NCBI GenBank assembly: GCA_040755995.1
Contig: JBFMAF010000036.1
Location: 160,001 to 224,000 of the forward strand
Origin: Acidobacteriota bacterium
GTDB taxonomy: Bacteria; Acidobacteriota; CAIWXX01
Length of the DNA stretch: 64,000 bases
Direction: 5' to 3'
This document shows, piece by piece, positions 49,463-61,100 of the stretch; within the stretch, counting starts at the first letter, position 1, and each line of letters begins with the position of its first letter. A model generated the notes under the pieces. The model searched no databases, had not been told where the DNA came from, and saw only the letters and a program-made list of their open reading frames with translations. The position numbers and the translations under genes were made by a program.

Positions 49463-51820
49463 ATGGAAAAGAAGCAACAAGTGGCACCTGGTTCTCGTGC
49501 CTCATCTCCGACGAGCGGCATTCCGCGCGACGCGCGTGTGGAAGCCTCCCGCCTGCAGACCCGCCGGCCGAGGCGCCCGGCGGCGATACGATGGGCATGT
49601 CCCGTCCCGCTGCTCGCACTGGCCTGGTTCCTCTCGGTTCTCCAGGTGCGCGCCGGCGACGTTCCTCAGAAGTACAGTGTGCCCGCTCAGCCTCTGGCGA
49701 CGGCGCCTATGATCGACGGGCGTCTGGATGATCCCGTTTGGACGAAAGCCACTGCACTCTCGGATTTCACCCAGTACGAACCAATCGAGGGGGCGCCGGC
49801 ATCGGAGAAGACCGTCGTCACACTCGGCTATAACGAGAATACTTTCTTCCTCGGAATCCGCTGCTTCGACTCCCAGCCCGAACGCCGCGTCGAGAAGCAG
49901 ATGCAGAGAGACGGGGACCTCACGTTCGACGACTTCGTCGAGATCATCATCGACACGTACCACGACCGGAGAAACGGCTTCCTCTTTTCGGTCAACGCAC
50001 TGGGCGCGAAGCTCGACGGAATGGTTCGAAACGAAGGCGAGGAGATCAAGACGGAATGGGACGGGGAATGGGAGTGCGTGACCACACGCGATGACCAGGG
50101 CTGGAACGCCGAGATGGCGATTCCGTTGAGCACTCTCAGGTTTCCGACGAAGGAGCCGCAGGCGTGGGGGATCAACATCATGCGCTATCTGCCCCGCAAC
50201 AACGAGAAGCTGTTCTGGAAGCCGCTCACGCGCGCCGACGGCTACAACTACCGGTACCGCATCTCGGCCTACGGCGAGATCACAGGGTTGCAGAACTTGA
50301 AGTCTGGAAGGCGATTCCTCGTGTCGCCCTATGTCACGGGCGTGGCGGCGAATGAGAGCCATCTGCCGTCGGAGCCCGCGTTCAACGGCGGCATCGATCT
50401 CAAAGCCAATCTCGCGTCCAATCTCGTCGCGGACTTCACGTACCGGCTCGACTTTGCCGAGGCCGAGGCGGATCTCAGGCAGATCAACCTCAGCCGCTAT
50501 CCTCTGTACCTCCCCGAGAAGCGGGAGTTCTTCACCGAATCATCGGACATGTTCTACTTCGGCGACCGCCCGGAACCCTTCGAGCTCGCTCAGCGGGAGA
50601 AGTTCAATTTCTTCTTCAGTCGCAACATTGGGTTGACCCCCGACGGCAGACACAAGATCCCGGTTATCGGAGGCGCGAAGGTGACCGGCAAGCTCGGGGG
50701 CACCACTATCGGGTTTCTGAACCTCACGACCGATGCCGCAGCGATCCCTCCGATCGGCGGCGAGGACGCGTACGACGTCCCTCGGACAAACTACGCCGTC
50801 CTGCGGATGCGCCACGATGTCTACTCGAAGTCGAAAGTCGGCCTCATCGTTCTGAACAAGGACGCATCCGGCGACGAATACAATCGCGGCTTCGGCGTCG
50901 ACGGCGACTTCGCCCTCGGCAAGAACTTCACCGTCAGCGGGTTCCTGGCTGCGACTTCCACCCCCGACCTGCGCGGTGAAGACCGCGCCTGGGCAGTCGA
51001 TACCGTCTGGGACAGCAAGCTCTTCCGATTTCGAAACATGTACACCGAAGTCGGAGAGAACTTCAATCCGGAGATGGGCTTTCTCACGCGCCCTGACATC
51101 AAGAAGTTCCATTCGAACCTGCTCATGACCAGAAGGCCCCAGTTCTGGGGGCTGCGCAAGATCAACATCGTCTACGACTTCAACTACGTGACCGACACGG
51201 AGGGACGCCTGCTCACGCAGACGAGCATCTACGAGCTTGGGTTCATTCATAACAAGGGCACTGCCGGGGTCGCGTTTCTCTTCTATGACCATCTGGAAGT
51301 CCTGCCGACCGACTGGACGAAGACGCTCGATGCGTCCTACTCCGTCGTGATTCCACGCGGATCATATCGGTACCGCAACTTCTTCATCGGTGCCGCGACT
51401 GATCGCCGCCAACCGCTCAGCGCCACAGTCTGGTTCGACAAGGGCGGCTATTACAACGGCACGCGTTTCCAGTTCCTCGTCCAGCCCATCTACCGGCCGA
51501 GGGAAGGGGTCGACACATCGATGATTCTGGACCGCCAGGAGTTCCACTTCCCCGACGGCGACCACACTACGTTGCAGATATCGGGGAGTGTCGGGCTGAC
51601 TCTCCCTCACGACACCTGGGTGAAGACTCTGCTGCAGTGGACGAGGGGCGACAACTTCGGCGCCAACGTGATTTTCAACTGGGCTTTCCTGCCGGATGCC
51701 AGCCTCTACCTCATCTACGATGGCACGCGCGATGTCTACGCCGGGACCGCAGATGTCCCAGAACAGATCGTCAACGATCGATCGTTCGTCGCGAAGGTCG
51801 CCTACAACCTCTCTCACTGA
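49463..51820 (+). CDS. CBM9-like N-terminal + DUF5916-type outer-membrane protein
   Basis: PMIDGRLDDPVW, DTYHDRRNGFLFSVN.LG, WNAEMAIP.STLRF, EADLRQINLSRY.L.LPEKREFF, FFSRNIG, NFNPEMGF; C-terminal FVAKVAY beta-strand. Confidence 0.8.
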   Translation: MEKKQQVAPGSRASSPTSGIPRDARVEASRLQTRRPRRPAAIRWACPVPLLALAWFLSVLQVRAGDVPQKYSVPAQPLATAPMIDGRLDDPVWTKATALSDFTQYEPIEGAPASEKTVVTLGYNENTFFLGIRCFDSQPERRVEKQMQRDGDLTFDDFVEIIIDTYHDRRNGFLFSVNALGAKLDGMVRNEGEEIKTEWDGEWECVTTRDDQGWNAEMAIPLSTLRFPTKEPQAWGINIMRYLPRNNEKLFWKPLTRADGYNYRYRISAYGEITGLQNLKSGRRFLVSPYVTGVAANESHLPSEPAFNGGIDLKANLASNLVADFTYRLDFAEAEADLRQINLSRYPLYLPEKREFFTESSDMFYFGDRPEPFELAQREKFNFFFSRNIGLTPDGRHKIPVIGGAKVTGKLGGTTIGFLNLTTDAAAIPPIGGEDAYDVPRTNYAVLRMRHDVYSKSKVGLIVLNKDASGDEYNRGFGVDGDFALGKNFTVSGFLAATSTPDLRGEDRAWAVDTVWDSKLFRFRNMYTEVGENFNPEMGFLTRPDIKKFHSNLLMTRRPQFWGLRKINIVYDFNYVTDTEGRLLTQTSIYELGFIHNKGTAGVAFLFYDHLEVLPTDWTKTLDASYSVVIPRGSYRYRNFFIGAATDRRQPLSATVWFDKGGYYNGTRFQFLVQPIYRPREGVDTSMILDRQEFHFPDGDHTTLQISGSVGLTLPHDTWVKTLLQWTRGDNFGANVIFNWAFLPDASLYLIYDGTRDVYAGTADVPEQIVNDRSFVAKVAYNLSH

Positions 51821-51980
51821 CGTTCTCGATGGAGATGCGTGGTTCCGTGCTGGCGTTCAGGGAGATGCAAGGTGCATTCGGGGACGCGGGTGCGCCCGGA
51901 ACGAGCGGCCGCCTTGCGCAGCGGCCATCATCCGCGAAATGTCCGGCGCGGCCGCCGGTGTCTTGCGGGAGGATCAGGTC

Positions 51981-54900
51981 ATGAGCGCTGAGTCGTCGAG
52001 CTATGACGTGGCCATCGTCGGCATGGTCGGGCGCTTCCCCGGAGCCCATGACATCGAAGAGTACTGGCGCAATCTCTGCGACGGTGTCGAATGTATCCGC
52101 TTCTGCTCCCTGGATGAACCGCGGACGGGTGGCATCGATCCCGGAATTCTCCGGGACCCGCACTTCGTGCCTGCGGTGGCCGAGCTGGACGGGCTGGAGT
52201 CATTCGACGCGGCCTTCTTCGGGATCAGTCACAGGGAAGCCGAGCTGATGGATCCGCAGCAGCGCGTCTTTCTGGAGTGCGCGTGGCAGGCGCTGGAAGC
52301 CGCAGGATATGACGCCGAGACCTATCCGGGAGCGATCGGGGTCTTCGCCGGCGCTACCACCAGTACCTACATGCTGTTCCATCTGGCGACGAACCCGGAG
52401 GTGGCCGATTCGGTCGACCGGCTGCAGCTGCTTATCGGCAACGCCGCGGATTCGCTGACGACCCGCGTCGCATACAAGCTCAACCTGCGCGGCCCGAGCT
52501 TCACGCTCCAGTGCGCCTGCTCCACCTCGCTCGTCGCCGTCCACATCGCCTGCCAGAGTCTTGTCAACAGGGAGTGCGACATGGCCCTGGCGGGCGGCGT
52601 GTCGATCAACCTGAGCCAGAGAACGGGGTACCGCTACGTCGAAGGTTCCATTCTCTCTCCCGACGGGCATTGTCGAGCCTTCGACGACGATGCCCGCGGG
52701 ACCGTGTTCGGCAGCGGCATCGGCATCGTCGTCCTGAAGCGATTGGACGAAGCCCTGAGAGACGGCGACCACATTCACGCGGTGATCAAAGGCACCGCCA
52801 TCAACAACGACGGTTCCCTCAAGGTGGGGTATACGGCGCCGGGCGTCGACGGGCAGGCGAAGGTGATTTCGGAGGCGCTTGCGGTCTCCGGCGTGGATGC
52901 GGCTCGGATCTCTTACATCGAGGCGCATGGGACCGGCACGAACTTGGGTGACCCGATTGAGATACAGGCCCTGACGAAGGCGTTCAGGCCGTACACCCAG
53001 AAGCGGCAGTTCTGCGCGATCGGCTCGGTGAAGGCGAGCATCGGCCACCTCGACGTCGCGGCCGGCGTGGCGGGATTGATCAAGACGGCTCTGGCGCTCG
53101 AACGCGGGCTGATTCCTCCGAGCCTGCATTTCCACACACCGAGCTCGAAGATCGATTTCCTCAACAGCCCTGTCTATGTCAATGCAGCTCTCACCGAATG
53201 GCCGGCGTCAGACGGGCCTCGCCTCGCCGGCGTAAGCTCCTTCGGATTCGGTGGAACGAACGCCCACGCCATCCTCGCACAAGCTCCGCCTTCGAATCGA
53301 TGCCCGGCTGCGCGTTCCCATGAGCTGATCACCCTGTCCGCGAAAAGCCCGACCGCCCTCCGCGCGGCAGCCGCCCGGTTCGCTGAGCACTTGAAGAAGA
53401 ACCCCGGCCTGAACATGGCAGACGCCGCGTACACGCTGCACGTCGGCCGGCGGGCGTTCCCCCATCGCCATGCATTCGTCTGTCGCGACCTCGCCAGCGC
53501 CGTCGCGAGCCTGGAAGCCTTCGACCCCAGTGCCACAAACACTGTCCGCAATGTCAACCCGCCTTTCGTCTTCATGTTCACGGGACAGGGATCGCAGTAC
53601 GTCAGCATGGGTCGCGAGGTATACGACAGCGAGCCGCTGTTCCGCGAGAAGGTCGATCGCTGCCGGGAGATCCTGGAGCCGCTGATGGGGTTCGACCTGC
53701 TGACGGTTCTCTACCCCGGTGACGCAGAACGGGATGACACAGCGCGACGGCTGGATCAGACATCGAGCACGCAGCCCGCGCTCTTCGCCATCGAATATGC
53801 GATGGCATCGCTTTGGATGGACTGGGGCATCCAACCGCACTCTATGATCGGTCACAGCATCGGCGAGTACGTCGCCGCGTGCGTTGCCGGAGTGTTCTCG
53901 CTGGAGGATGCGCTGCGGGTGGTGGCAATGAGGGGCCGGCTCATGCAGACCATGCCTGCGGGTCGAATGGTGGCAATTCCACTGGCGGCCGATGCTCTCC
54001 GGCCGCTCCTGGATGGGGATCTGTCGATCGCGGCCATCAACGAGCCCGGTCGCTCGGTCGTCTCCGGCTCGGAACACGCGATCGTGGATCTCCAGCGGCG
54101 CCTGGCCGACCGGGGCGTGCAGTCGCAAAGCCTGCACACATCCCACGCCTTCCATTCGCCGATGATGGAACCGATGGTCGACGCTTTCGTGACGGAGCTC
54201 CAGCGGGTCCACCTGGGTCGCCCTCGCATTCCCTTCATCTCCAACGTGTCCGGCACGTGGATCACAGAGAGCCAGGCGACAGACGCACGCTACTGGGGCA
54301 GGCATCTCAGAGAAACTGTGAGATTCGCCGACGGCATTTCCCTGCTGTCGAAGATCCCCGATGCGCAGTTCATCGAGGTCGGTCCCGGGAGATCTCTCGC
54401 CACTTTCGCGAAGTCAAATGTCCCGGACGTACACTGCTCGCTGCGCCACCCACGCGAGACCACCTCGGATGTGGCCTTCCTCCTGCGGACCTTGGGCCGG
54501 CTGTGGCTGGCCGGTGCCCCGGTCGACTGGTCCCGTTTCCACGGACGCGAGCGTCGCCAGCGGGTGCCGTTGCCGGTCTACGCCTTCGACCAGCGACGCT
54601 ACTGGATAGAACCGGTCAAGGAAGCGCACACCCGCGCCGAGGTTCGCGCAACCGTGCCGGCCGACCCCGATTCGTCCGAGCCGGTCCTGCCGCTGGCGCC
54701 CCGCACTGCCCGGCAAGGCCAGACGTTCCATCCGCGCCCGGCGCTCTCGACGGCATACGTGGCGCCCCGAGGCGAGCTCGAGCGCGGCATTGCCGCGATC
54801 TGGCGCGAGGCGCTCGGAGTAGACAAGGTCGGGGCGGCAGACAACTTCTTCGAGCTCGGGGGCGACTCGTTGCTCGCAACTCAGGTCGCTTCCCGCTTGA

Positions 54901-55106
54901 ACAAGACGTTCGACGTTGTCGTTCCTCTGGACCAGGTCTTCGATGAGCCGACGGTAGAACACATCGCCGAGCTGATTTTGCTGGCGAGAATGGATCAGCT
55001 CGACCACGAGGCCGTCGCACAGATTCTGGCCGATACCGAGCGGGTTACCTCCCCGGCTCTGAGGCCGGCCGTGACAGGCCCTTGGGCCTCACAGGGGGAG
55101 CTATGA
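51981..55106 (+). CDS. Type I PKS module KS-AT-ACP
   Basis: KS QCACSTS/HGTGT/IGH intact; AT GHSIG + HAFHS (malonyl); ACP LGGDSL; GGGAGG RBS before ATG 51981. Confidence 0.93.
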   Translation: MSAESSSYDVAIVGMVGRFPGAHDIEEYWRNLCDGVECIRFCSLDEPRTGGIDPGILRDPHFVPAVAELDGLESFDAAFFGISHREAELMDPQQRVFLECAWQALEAAGYDAETYPGAIGVFAGATTSTYMLFHLATNPEVADSVDRLQLLIGNAADSLTTRVAYKLNLRGPSFTLQCACSTSLVAVHIACQSLVNRECDMALAGGVSINLSQRTGYRYVEGSILSPDGHCRAFDDDARGTVFGSGIGIVVLKRLDEALRDGDHIHAVIKGTAINNDGSLKVGYTAPGVDGQAKVISEALAVSGVDAARISYIEAHGTGTNLGDPIEIQALTKAFRPYTQKRQFCAIGSVKASIGHLDVAAGVAGLIKTALALERGLIPPSLHFHTPSSKIDFLNSPVYVNAALTEWPASDGPRLAGVSSFGFGGTNAHAILAQAPPSNRCPAARSHELITLSAKSPTALRAAAARFAEHLKKNPGLNMADAAYTLHVGRRAFPHRHAFVCRDLASAVASLEAFDPSATNTVRNVNPPFVFMFTGQGSQYVSMGREVYDSEPLFREKVDRCREILEPLMGFDLLTVLYPGDAERDDTARRLDQTSSTQPALFAIEYAMASLWMDWGIQPHSMIGHSIGEYVAACVAGVFSLEDALRVVAMRGRLMQTMPAGRMVAIPLAADALRPLLDGDLSIAAINEPGRSVVSGSEHAIVDLQRRLADRGVQSQSLHTSHAFHSPMMEPMVDAFVTELQRVHLGRPRIPFISNVSGTWITESQATDARYWGRHLRETVRFADGISLLSKIPDAQFIEVGPGRSLATFAKSNVPDVHCSLRHPRETTSDVAFLLRTLGRLWLAGAPVDWSRFHGRERRQRVPLPVYAFDQRRYWIEPVKEAHTRAEVRATVPADPDSSEPVLPLAPRTARQGQTFHPRPALSTAYVAPRGELERGIAAIWREALGVDKVGAADNFFELGGDSLLATQVASRLNKTFDVVVPLDQVFDEPTVEHIAELILLARMDQLDHEAVAQILADTERVTSPALRPAVTGPWASQGEL

Positions 55107-58100
55107 ACGATCTTCGCGCCGTCGTCAGAAACCTCTCGGCCGAGAAGCGGGACCTGCTCTGGCGGCGCCTGGCGGTGTCGTCGAACAAGGTGAGAGGCTC
55201 GCAGCCGTCGATTGCCATCGCGGCGCGGCCTCAATCAGGGCTGCTCCCACTCTCATACCCCCAGCAGCGGCTCTGGTTCCTCCATCAGCTGGATCCGTCC
55301 TCAGTGGCGTACAACGTCCCCGTCGCCGCACGGATCCGCGGCCCTCTGAACGTGGAGGCGCTAGAATGGAGCCTCAGCGAGATTGTGAGGCGGCACGAGG
55401 CGCTTCGGACAGTGTTCTCACTTGTCGACGGGAAGAGCGTGCAGATCGTCGAGCCCCCTGCTGCGGTGAGGCTCTCAGTGCGAGACGCTCGCGGACTTCC
55501 GGATGCGGAGATCACGCCTCTGATCGACGGCTTCTGCGCCGCCGAGGCGCGGCGGGCTTTCGACCTGACGAAAGATGCGATGCTCCGAGGCAGCCTGCTC
55601 AGAGTGGCAGATGAAGATCACGTCCTGCTGCTGACCGTGCATCACGTCGCGTCGGACGGCTGGTCGATGGGCGTGCTCCTGCACGAGCTCACTGCGCTCT
55701 ACGAAGCCTTTGAGCAAGGGCAGCCTTCGCCGCTGCCCGATCTTGCCGTTCAGTACGCGGACTACGCTCTCTGGCAGCAGCAGCGGGTTCGATCCGGCGA
55801 GCTCCAGACTCAGCTCGCCTACTGGAAGAGGAAACTCAGTGGGGCTTCTCCCTCACTGGCCCTCCCGACAACCTACCCCCGTCCCGAGGTCCAGACCCTG
55901 AATGGTGCCATCGCCTCCACCACCTTCCCTCCCGACCTGACCGCGTCGCTCAAAGACTTCAGTCAATCCAGAGGCGTCACATTGTTCATGACGCTGCTGG
56001 CGGCCCTCAACGTGCTCCTGCATCGGTACTCCGGCCAGGACGACATCCTGGTCGGGTCGCCCCTGGCGAACCGAAACCGGCCTGAGATCGAGAACCTGAT
56101 CGGGTTCTTCGTCAACACGCTCGTCTTTCGGACCGATCTCTCCGGCGACCCGCCCTTCGAGGAACTGCTGGCGAGAGTCCAGCAGACGACCACCGAGGGG
56201 TACGCGCACCAGGATCTGCCGTTTGAGAAGCTGGTCGAGGAGCTGCGTCCGGATCGTGACCTGAGCCGCCCGCCGGTCTTCCAGGTGATGCTCGCCCTGC
56301 AGAATACTCCACGGCCGCCGTTGGAGCTCTCTGGTCTGACGCTGGAACTCCTCGATGTCGACTGTGGCGCCGCCAGGTTCGATGTGACTTTCTTCATGGA
56401 AGACACACCGCGCGGGCTGGTCACGAAGGCCGAGTACAATACCGACCTGTTTGGCTCCGCGACCATCACCGGGATGTTGGAACATCTTCGGGCCGTCCTG
56501 GATGGAGTCCTGCGAAGACCGGATGATCGCGTCTCGCGACTGCCCCTGATGACTCCGTCCGAACGTCATCGGCTCCTGGTCGACTGGAATGACGCTCGCG
56601 CGACATACCCTTCGGATGACGGCCTGCATCGCATCGTAGAGCGCCAGGTCGAGCGCTCGCCCAAAACCGTTGCTGTGGTTCATGGCAACGAGCGACTGAC
56701 ATTCCAAGATCTCAATGCCAGGGCCAACCGGCTGGCCCGCTATCTGCGAACTCTGGGAGTCGGTCCGGAGGTTCTGGTCGGGGTCTGTCTGGGCCGCTCC
56801 GCCGACATGGTTGTCTCCCTTCTGGCTGTTCTCAAGGCCGGAGGTGCCTACGTTCCGCTCGACCCTGCCTACCCGGAGCAGCGGCTCGCGTTCATCCTGA
56901 ACGACAGCAGAGCCTCCGTGGTCATCACGGAGCAATCGATTCTCGGCGCGCTCCCGGCGCACCAGGCGCAGGTCCTCTGCCTGGATCTCGAGCTGGACTC
57001 GATCGCCTCCCAGAGCGCCGAGAACCTCACCGCTCAACCGGCGCCGCAGAACCTGGCGTACCTCATCTACACCTCCGGCTCTACCGGTACTCCCAAGGCA
57101 GTGGCCATCGAGCATCGGAGTGCGGCGGCTTTCGTGCACTGGGCCGGAACGGTGTTTTCGGATGAGGAGCTCGCGGGGGTGCTGGCGTCCACCTCGATCT
57201 GCTTCGATCTCTCGATCTTCGAGATCTTCGTCACGTTGAGCTGGGGCGGGAAGGTTATTCTGGCCGACAACGCCCTGCACCTCACGGCGATCGAATCCGC
57301 CCGAGAAGTGACTCTGATCAACACAGTTCCCTCGGCCATGGCCGAGCTCGTTCGCGCTGGGGCCGTGCCCGCCGGTGTTCGGACCGTGAACCTGGCTGGT
57401 GAACCGATCCCCAGCGAGCTCGTCCGGCAGATCTACTCGCTCGGGACAGTCACACGACTTCTCAACCTCTACGGCCCTTCTGAGGACACCACCTACTCGA
57501 CGTTCATCCCGCTGGATCGATCGGCGACACGGACTCCTCCCATCGGCCGCCCGATCGCCGGCACCCAGATCTACATTCTCGATCGTCATGGGGATCCCGT
57601 GCCGCAGGGGGTTTCTGGCGAGATCTACATCGGCGGCGAGGGCCTCGCGCGAGGGTATCTCGGGCGACCCGACCTGACCGCGGATAGATTCGTCCCCGAT
57701 CCATTCTGCGGCCGGCCCGGCGCTCGGCTGTACAGAACGGGCGACCTGGCTCGATATCTCGCCGACCGGAACATCGACTTCCTCGGCCGCATCGACCATC
57801 AGGTAAAAATCCGGGGCTTCCGCATCGAGCTCGGGGAGATCGAGACGGCGCTTGATCAACACCCAGACGTCGAGAGCTCCGTGGCCGTGCTTCGTGAGGA
57901 CGTCCCCGGGGACAAGAGACTGGCAGCGTACGTCGTCTCGCGGCCCGGATCCGCGCTGACCCCCGGCGAGCTCCGGCATTCCCTGAAGATGAGACTCCCT
58001 GAGTTCATGGTGCCATCGGCCGTCGTCGTGCTGGAAGCCATGCCGTTGACGCCCAACGGCAAGATCGATCGGGCGCGGCTGCCCGCGCCTGATCCGCAGC

Positions 58101-61100
58101 ACAACGAGGCTGTCGTGGATTACGTGGAGCCCAAGGGAGATATCGAGCGAACGATCTCGACCATCTGGAGAGAGGTGCTCCGTGTCGAGAGGGTCGGAGC
58201 GAACGACAATTTCTTCGATCTCGGCGGGCATTCGCTGCTGCTCTCCCAGGTCTACAGCACGCTGGTCAAGACACTCGGGCGGGAGATCAAGCTGCTGGAT
58301 CTCTTCAAGTTTCCCACGGTCGGGGCGCTGGCGCGACACCTGGCACAGCCGGGGGAGGCGACAGGCGCTTCGGGTGCTCGAGGCCACAGAGGTCGCGCCC
58401 GAAGGGATTCGTTCAAGCGGACGGATTTCAACGTCGCTGTCATCGGCATGGCCTGCCGCTTCCCTGGTGCACGAAACGTCCGGCAGTTCTGGCGGAACCT
58501 CTGCGGCGGTGTCGAGTCGATCTCGTTCTTCTCGGACGAGCAGCTGGCGGCCGCAGGGATCGAGGAGCCTTTTCTCCAAAATCCCAACTACGTGAAGGCG
58601 CGGGGGGTGATCGAAGACGTCGACCAGTTCGACGCTTCCTTCTTCGGGTTCAGCCCGCGCGAGGCGGAGATCACGGACCCGCAGCAGCGCCTCTTCCTCG
58701 AGTGCGCCTGGGATGCGCTGGAGGACGCAGGATGTGATCCAACGCGATTCGAGGGGGCAATCGGCGTCTACGCCGGTTCCGGAATGAACTCCTACGTTCT
58801 GAATCTCATTCAGAACAGAGATGTCGTGAACGCAGTCGGGCCCTTCCAGACGATGATCGCGAATGACAAGGACTTCCTCGCTCCGAGAGTCTCCTACAAG
58901 CTCGGCCTGATCGGGCCGAGCGTCAGCGTCCAGACGGCCTGCTCCACCTCCCTGGTCGCTGCTCACATGGCCTGCCAGAGCCTGCTTCTCGGCGAGTGCG
59001 ATGTCGCCCTCGCCGGCGGTGTCTCCATCCGAATCCCGCAGGAGTCCGGATACATCCATCAGCAGGGATCCATCTTCTCCCCCGACGGGCACTGCAGGGC
59101 ATTCGATGCGGAGGCGCGGGGCATGGTGGGCGGGAACGGCGCCGGCATCGTTGTCCTGAAACGGCTCGCCGATGCCGTGGCCGACGGCGATCAGGTCTAC
59201 GCGGTCATCAAAGGCTCGGCCATCAACAACGACGGCTCGCTCAAAGTGGGATTCACGGCTCCGAGCGTGAGCGGTCAGGCGAAGGTGATCGCCGAAGCGC
59301 TCTATGTGGCGAATGTCGACCCGGCCACGATCGGCTACGTCGAGACGCACGGAACCGGGACTGAGCTCGGCGATCCAATCGAGATCGCCGCGTTGACCCA
59401 GGCGTTTGGAGGCCGCACAGGTGTGGCTCCGACCTGTGCGATCGGTTCGGTGAAGACCAACGTCGGTCACCTGGACAGCGCCGCGGGTGTAGCGGGGCTG
59501 ATCAAGGCGGCGCTCGCGCTGCATCACAAGAAGATCCCTCCCAGCCTGCACTTTAAGACCCCCAATCCCAAGTGCGACTTCGAGAACAGCCCGTTCTTCG
59601 TCAACACGGAGCTCCGCGATTGGGACGAGTCCCGGCATCCGCGACGCGCCGGCGTGAGCTCGCTCGGCATCGGCGGAACGAACGCGCACGTAGTCCTGGA
59701 GGAGGCGCCGGCCTTCGAGCGCCGCGAGGACGCCCGTCCGCTCCAGCTCCTGACTCTATCGGCGAAGAGTGAAGCGGCGCTGGTGGACGCCTCGCTGGAT
59801 CTCGCCGCCCACCTGGGATCGGACCCCAATGCCGATCTGGCTGATGTCGCGTTCACTCTCCACGTAGGCCGGAAGGAGTTCGAATTTCGGGAGATTCTGG
59901 TCTGTTCAGATAGGGATGATGCCAGACGGGTCCTCGATGAGCTCGACACACGCCGTCTCTTCTCGGGAACCTCCTCCGAAGCGCCGTCAGTCGCGTTTCT
60001 CTTCACGGGACAAGGCGCGCAGCACGCCGGCATGGGCTGGGATCTCTACCGGAGTGAGAGGCTGTTCCGTGAGCAGGTGGACTACTGTGCCGGCCGGCTG
60101 AAGCCGCGCCTCGGCCTCGATCTGCGCACTCTTCTCTATCCTGACTCCGACGAGGACAGGAAACGGAGCTCCGAGCAGCTCCGCCAGACGCTCTACGCGC
60201 AGCCAGCCCTGTTCACAATCGAGTACGCGCTGGCGCGGCTCTGGATGGACTGGGGCATCCGCCCGCGCGCCATGATCGGGCACAGCCTCGGGGAATACGT
60301 CGCCGCGTGCATCGCCGGAGTCTTCTCGTTGGATGACGCAGTTCAGCTTGTGGCCGCGCGGGGCGCTCTCATGCAGAGCGCTCCGCCCGGAGCGATGCTG
60401 TCGCTGTCGATGTGCGAGAGGGATCTCGGATCGCTCGTGCCTCCCGGTCTCTCCATCGCCGCTGTGAACAGCCCGACTCACTGTGTTGTCTCGGGCCCGA
60501 AGGACCGCGTCGATTCGTTCCGCGAGCGGCTTGTCCACCGGAGTGTGGGATGTTCGACGCTCCACGTCTCGCACGCCTTCCACTCAGACATGATGGATTC
60601 CATCCTCGAACCCTTCGTCGCGGCCGCGAGTGAGATCCGCATGCGGCCGCCGTCGATCCCATTCGTCTCCAACCTGACGGGCAACTGGATCCAGCCGAAA
60701 GAGGCGGCTGACCCCGCTTACTGGGCGCGCCATCTCCGAAGCACCGTCCGATTCGCCGATGGTCTACGCAAGCTACTGGATGCTCCCGGCGTCCTTCTCG
60801 TCGAAGTTGGACCCGGAAACACACTGGCGGCCCTCGCAAAGGAACAGACCAAGGGGTCGTCGCACACGACAGTCCTGTCTTCTATGCGGCACCCGCTGGA
60901 TCAGCGATCCGATGTCGAGTATCTCCTGACGACGCTCGGCAGGTTGTGGGTGGCCGGCGTGCCGATCGATTGGAGCGCTTTTCATCGAGGCGAGAAGCGG
61001 CGCCGCACCAGCCTCCCCGCCTATCCCTTCCAGAGGCAACGATACTGGATTCAGCCGCCTGCGGCGCCGGCCGGAACGGCCGTCTCGCTGGACCAGCAGA

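Noticed and set aside
55853..59689. Long antisense ORFs over the NRPS/PKS and other genes (e.g. 55853-59689, 45433-47877, 29550-31100, 4782-6350)
   Set aside because: Shadow ORFs of GC-rich coding strands; no motifs, and fully overlapped by clearly recognisable genes
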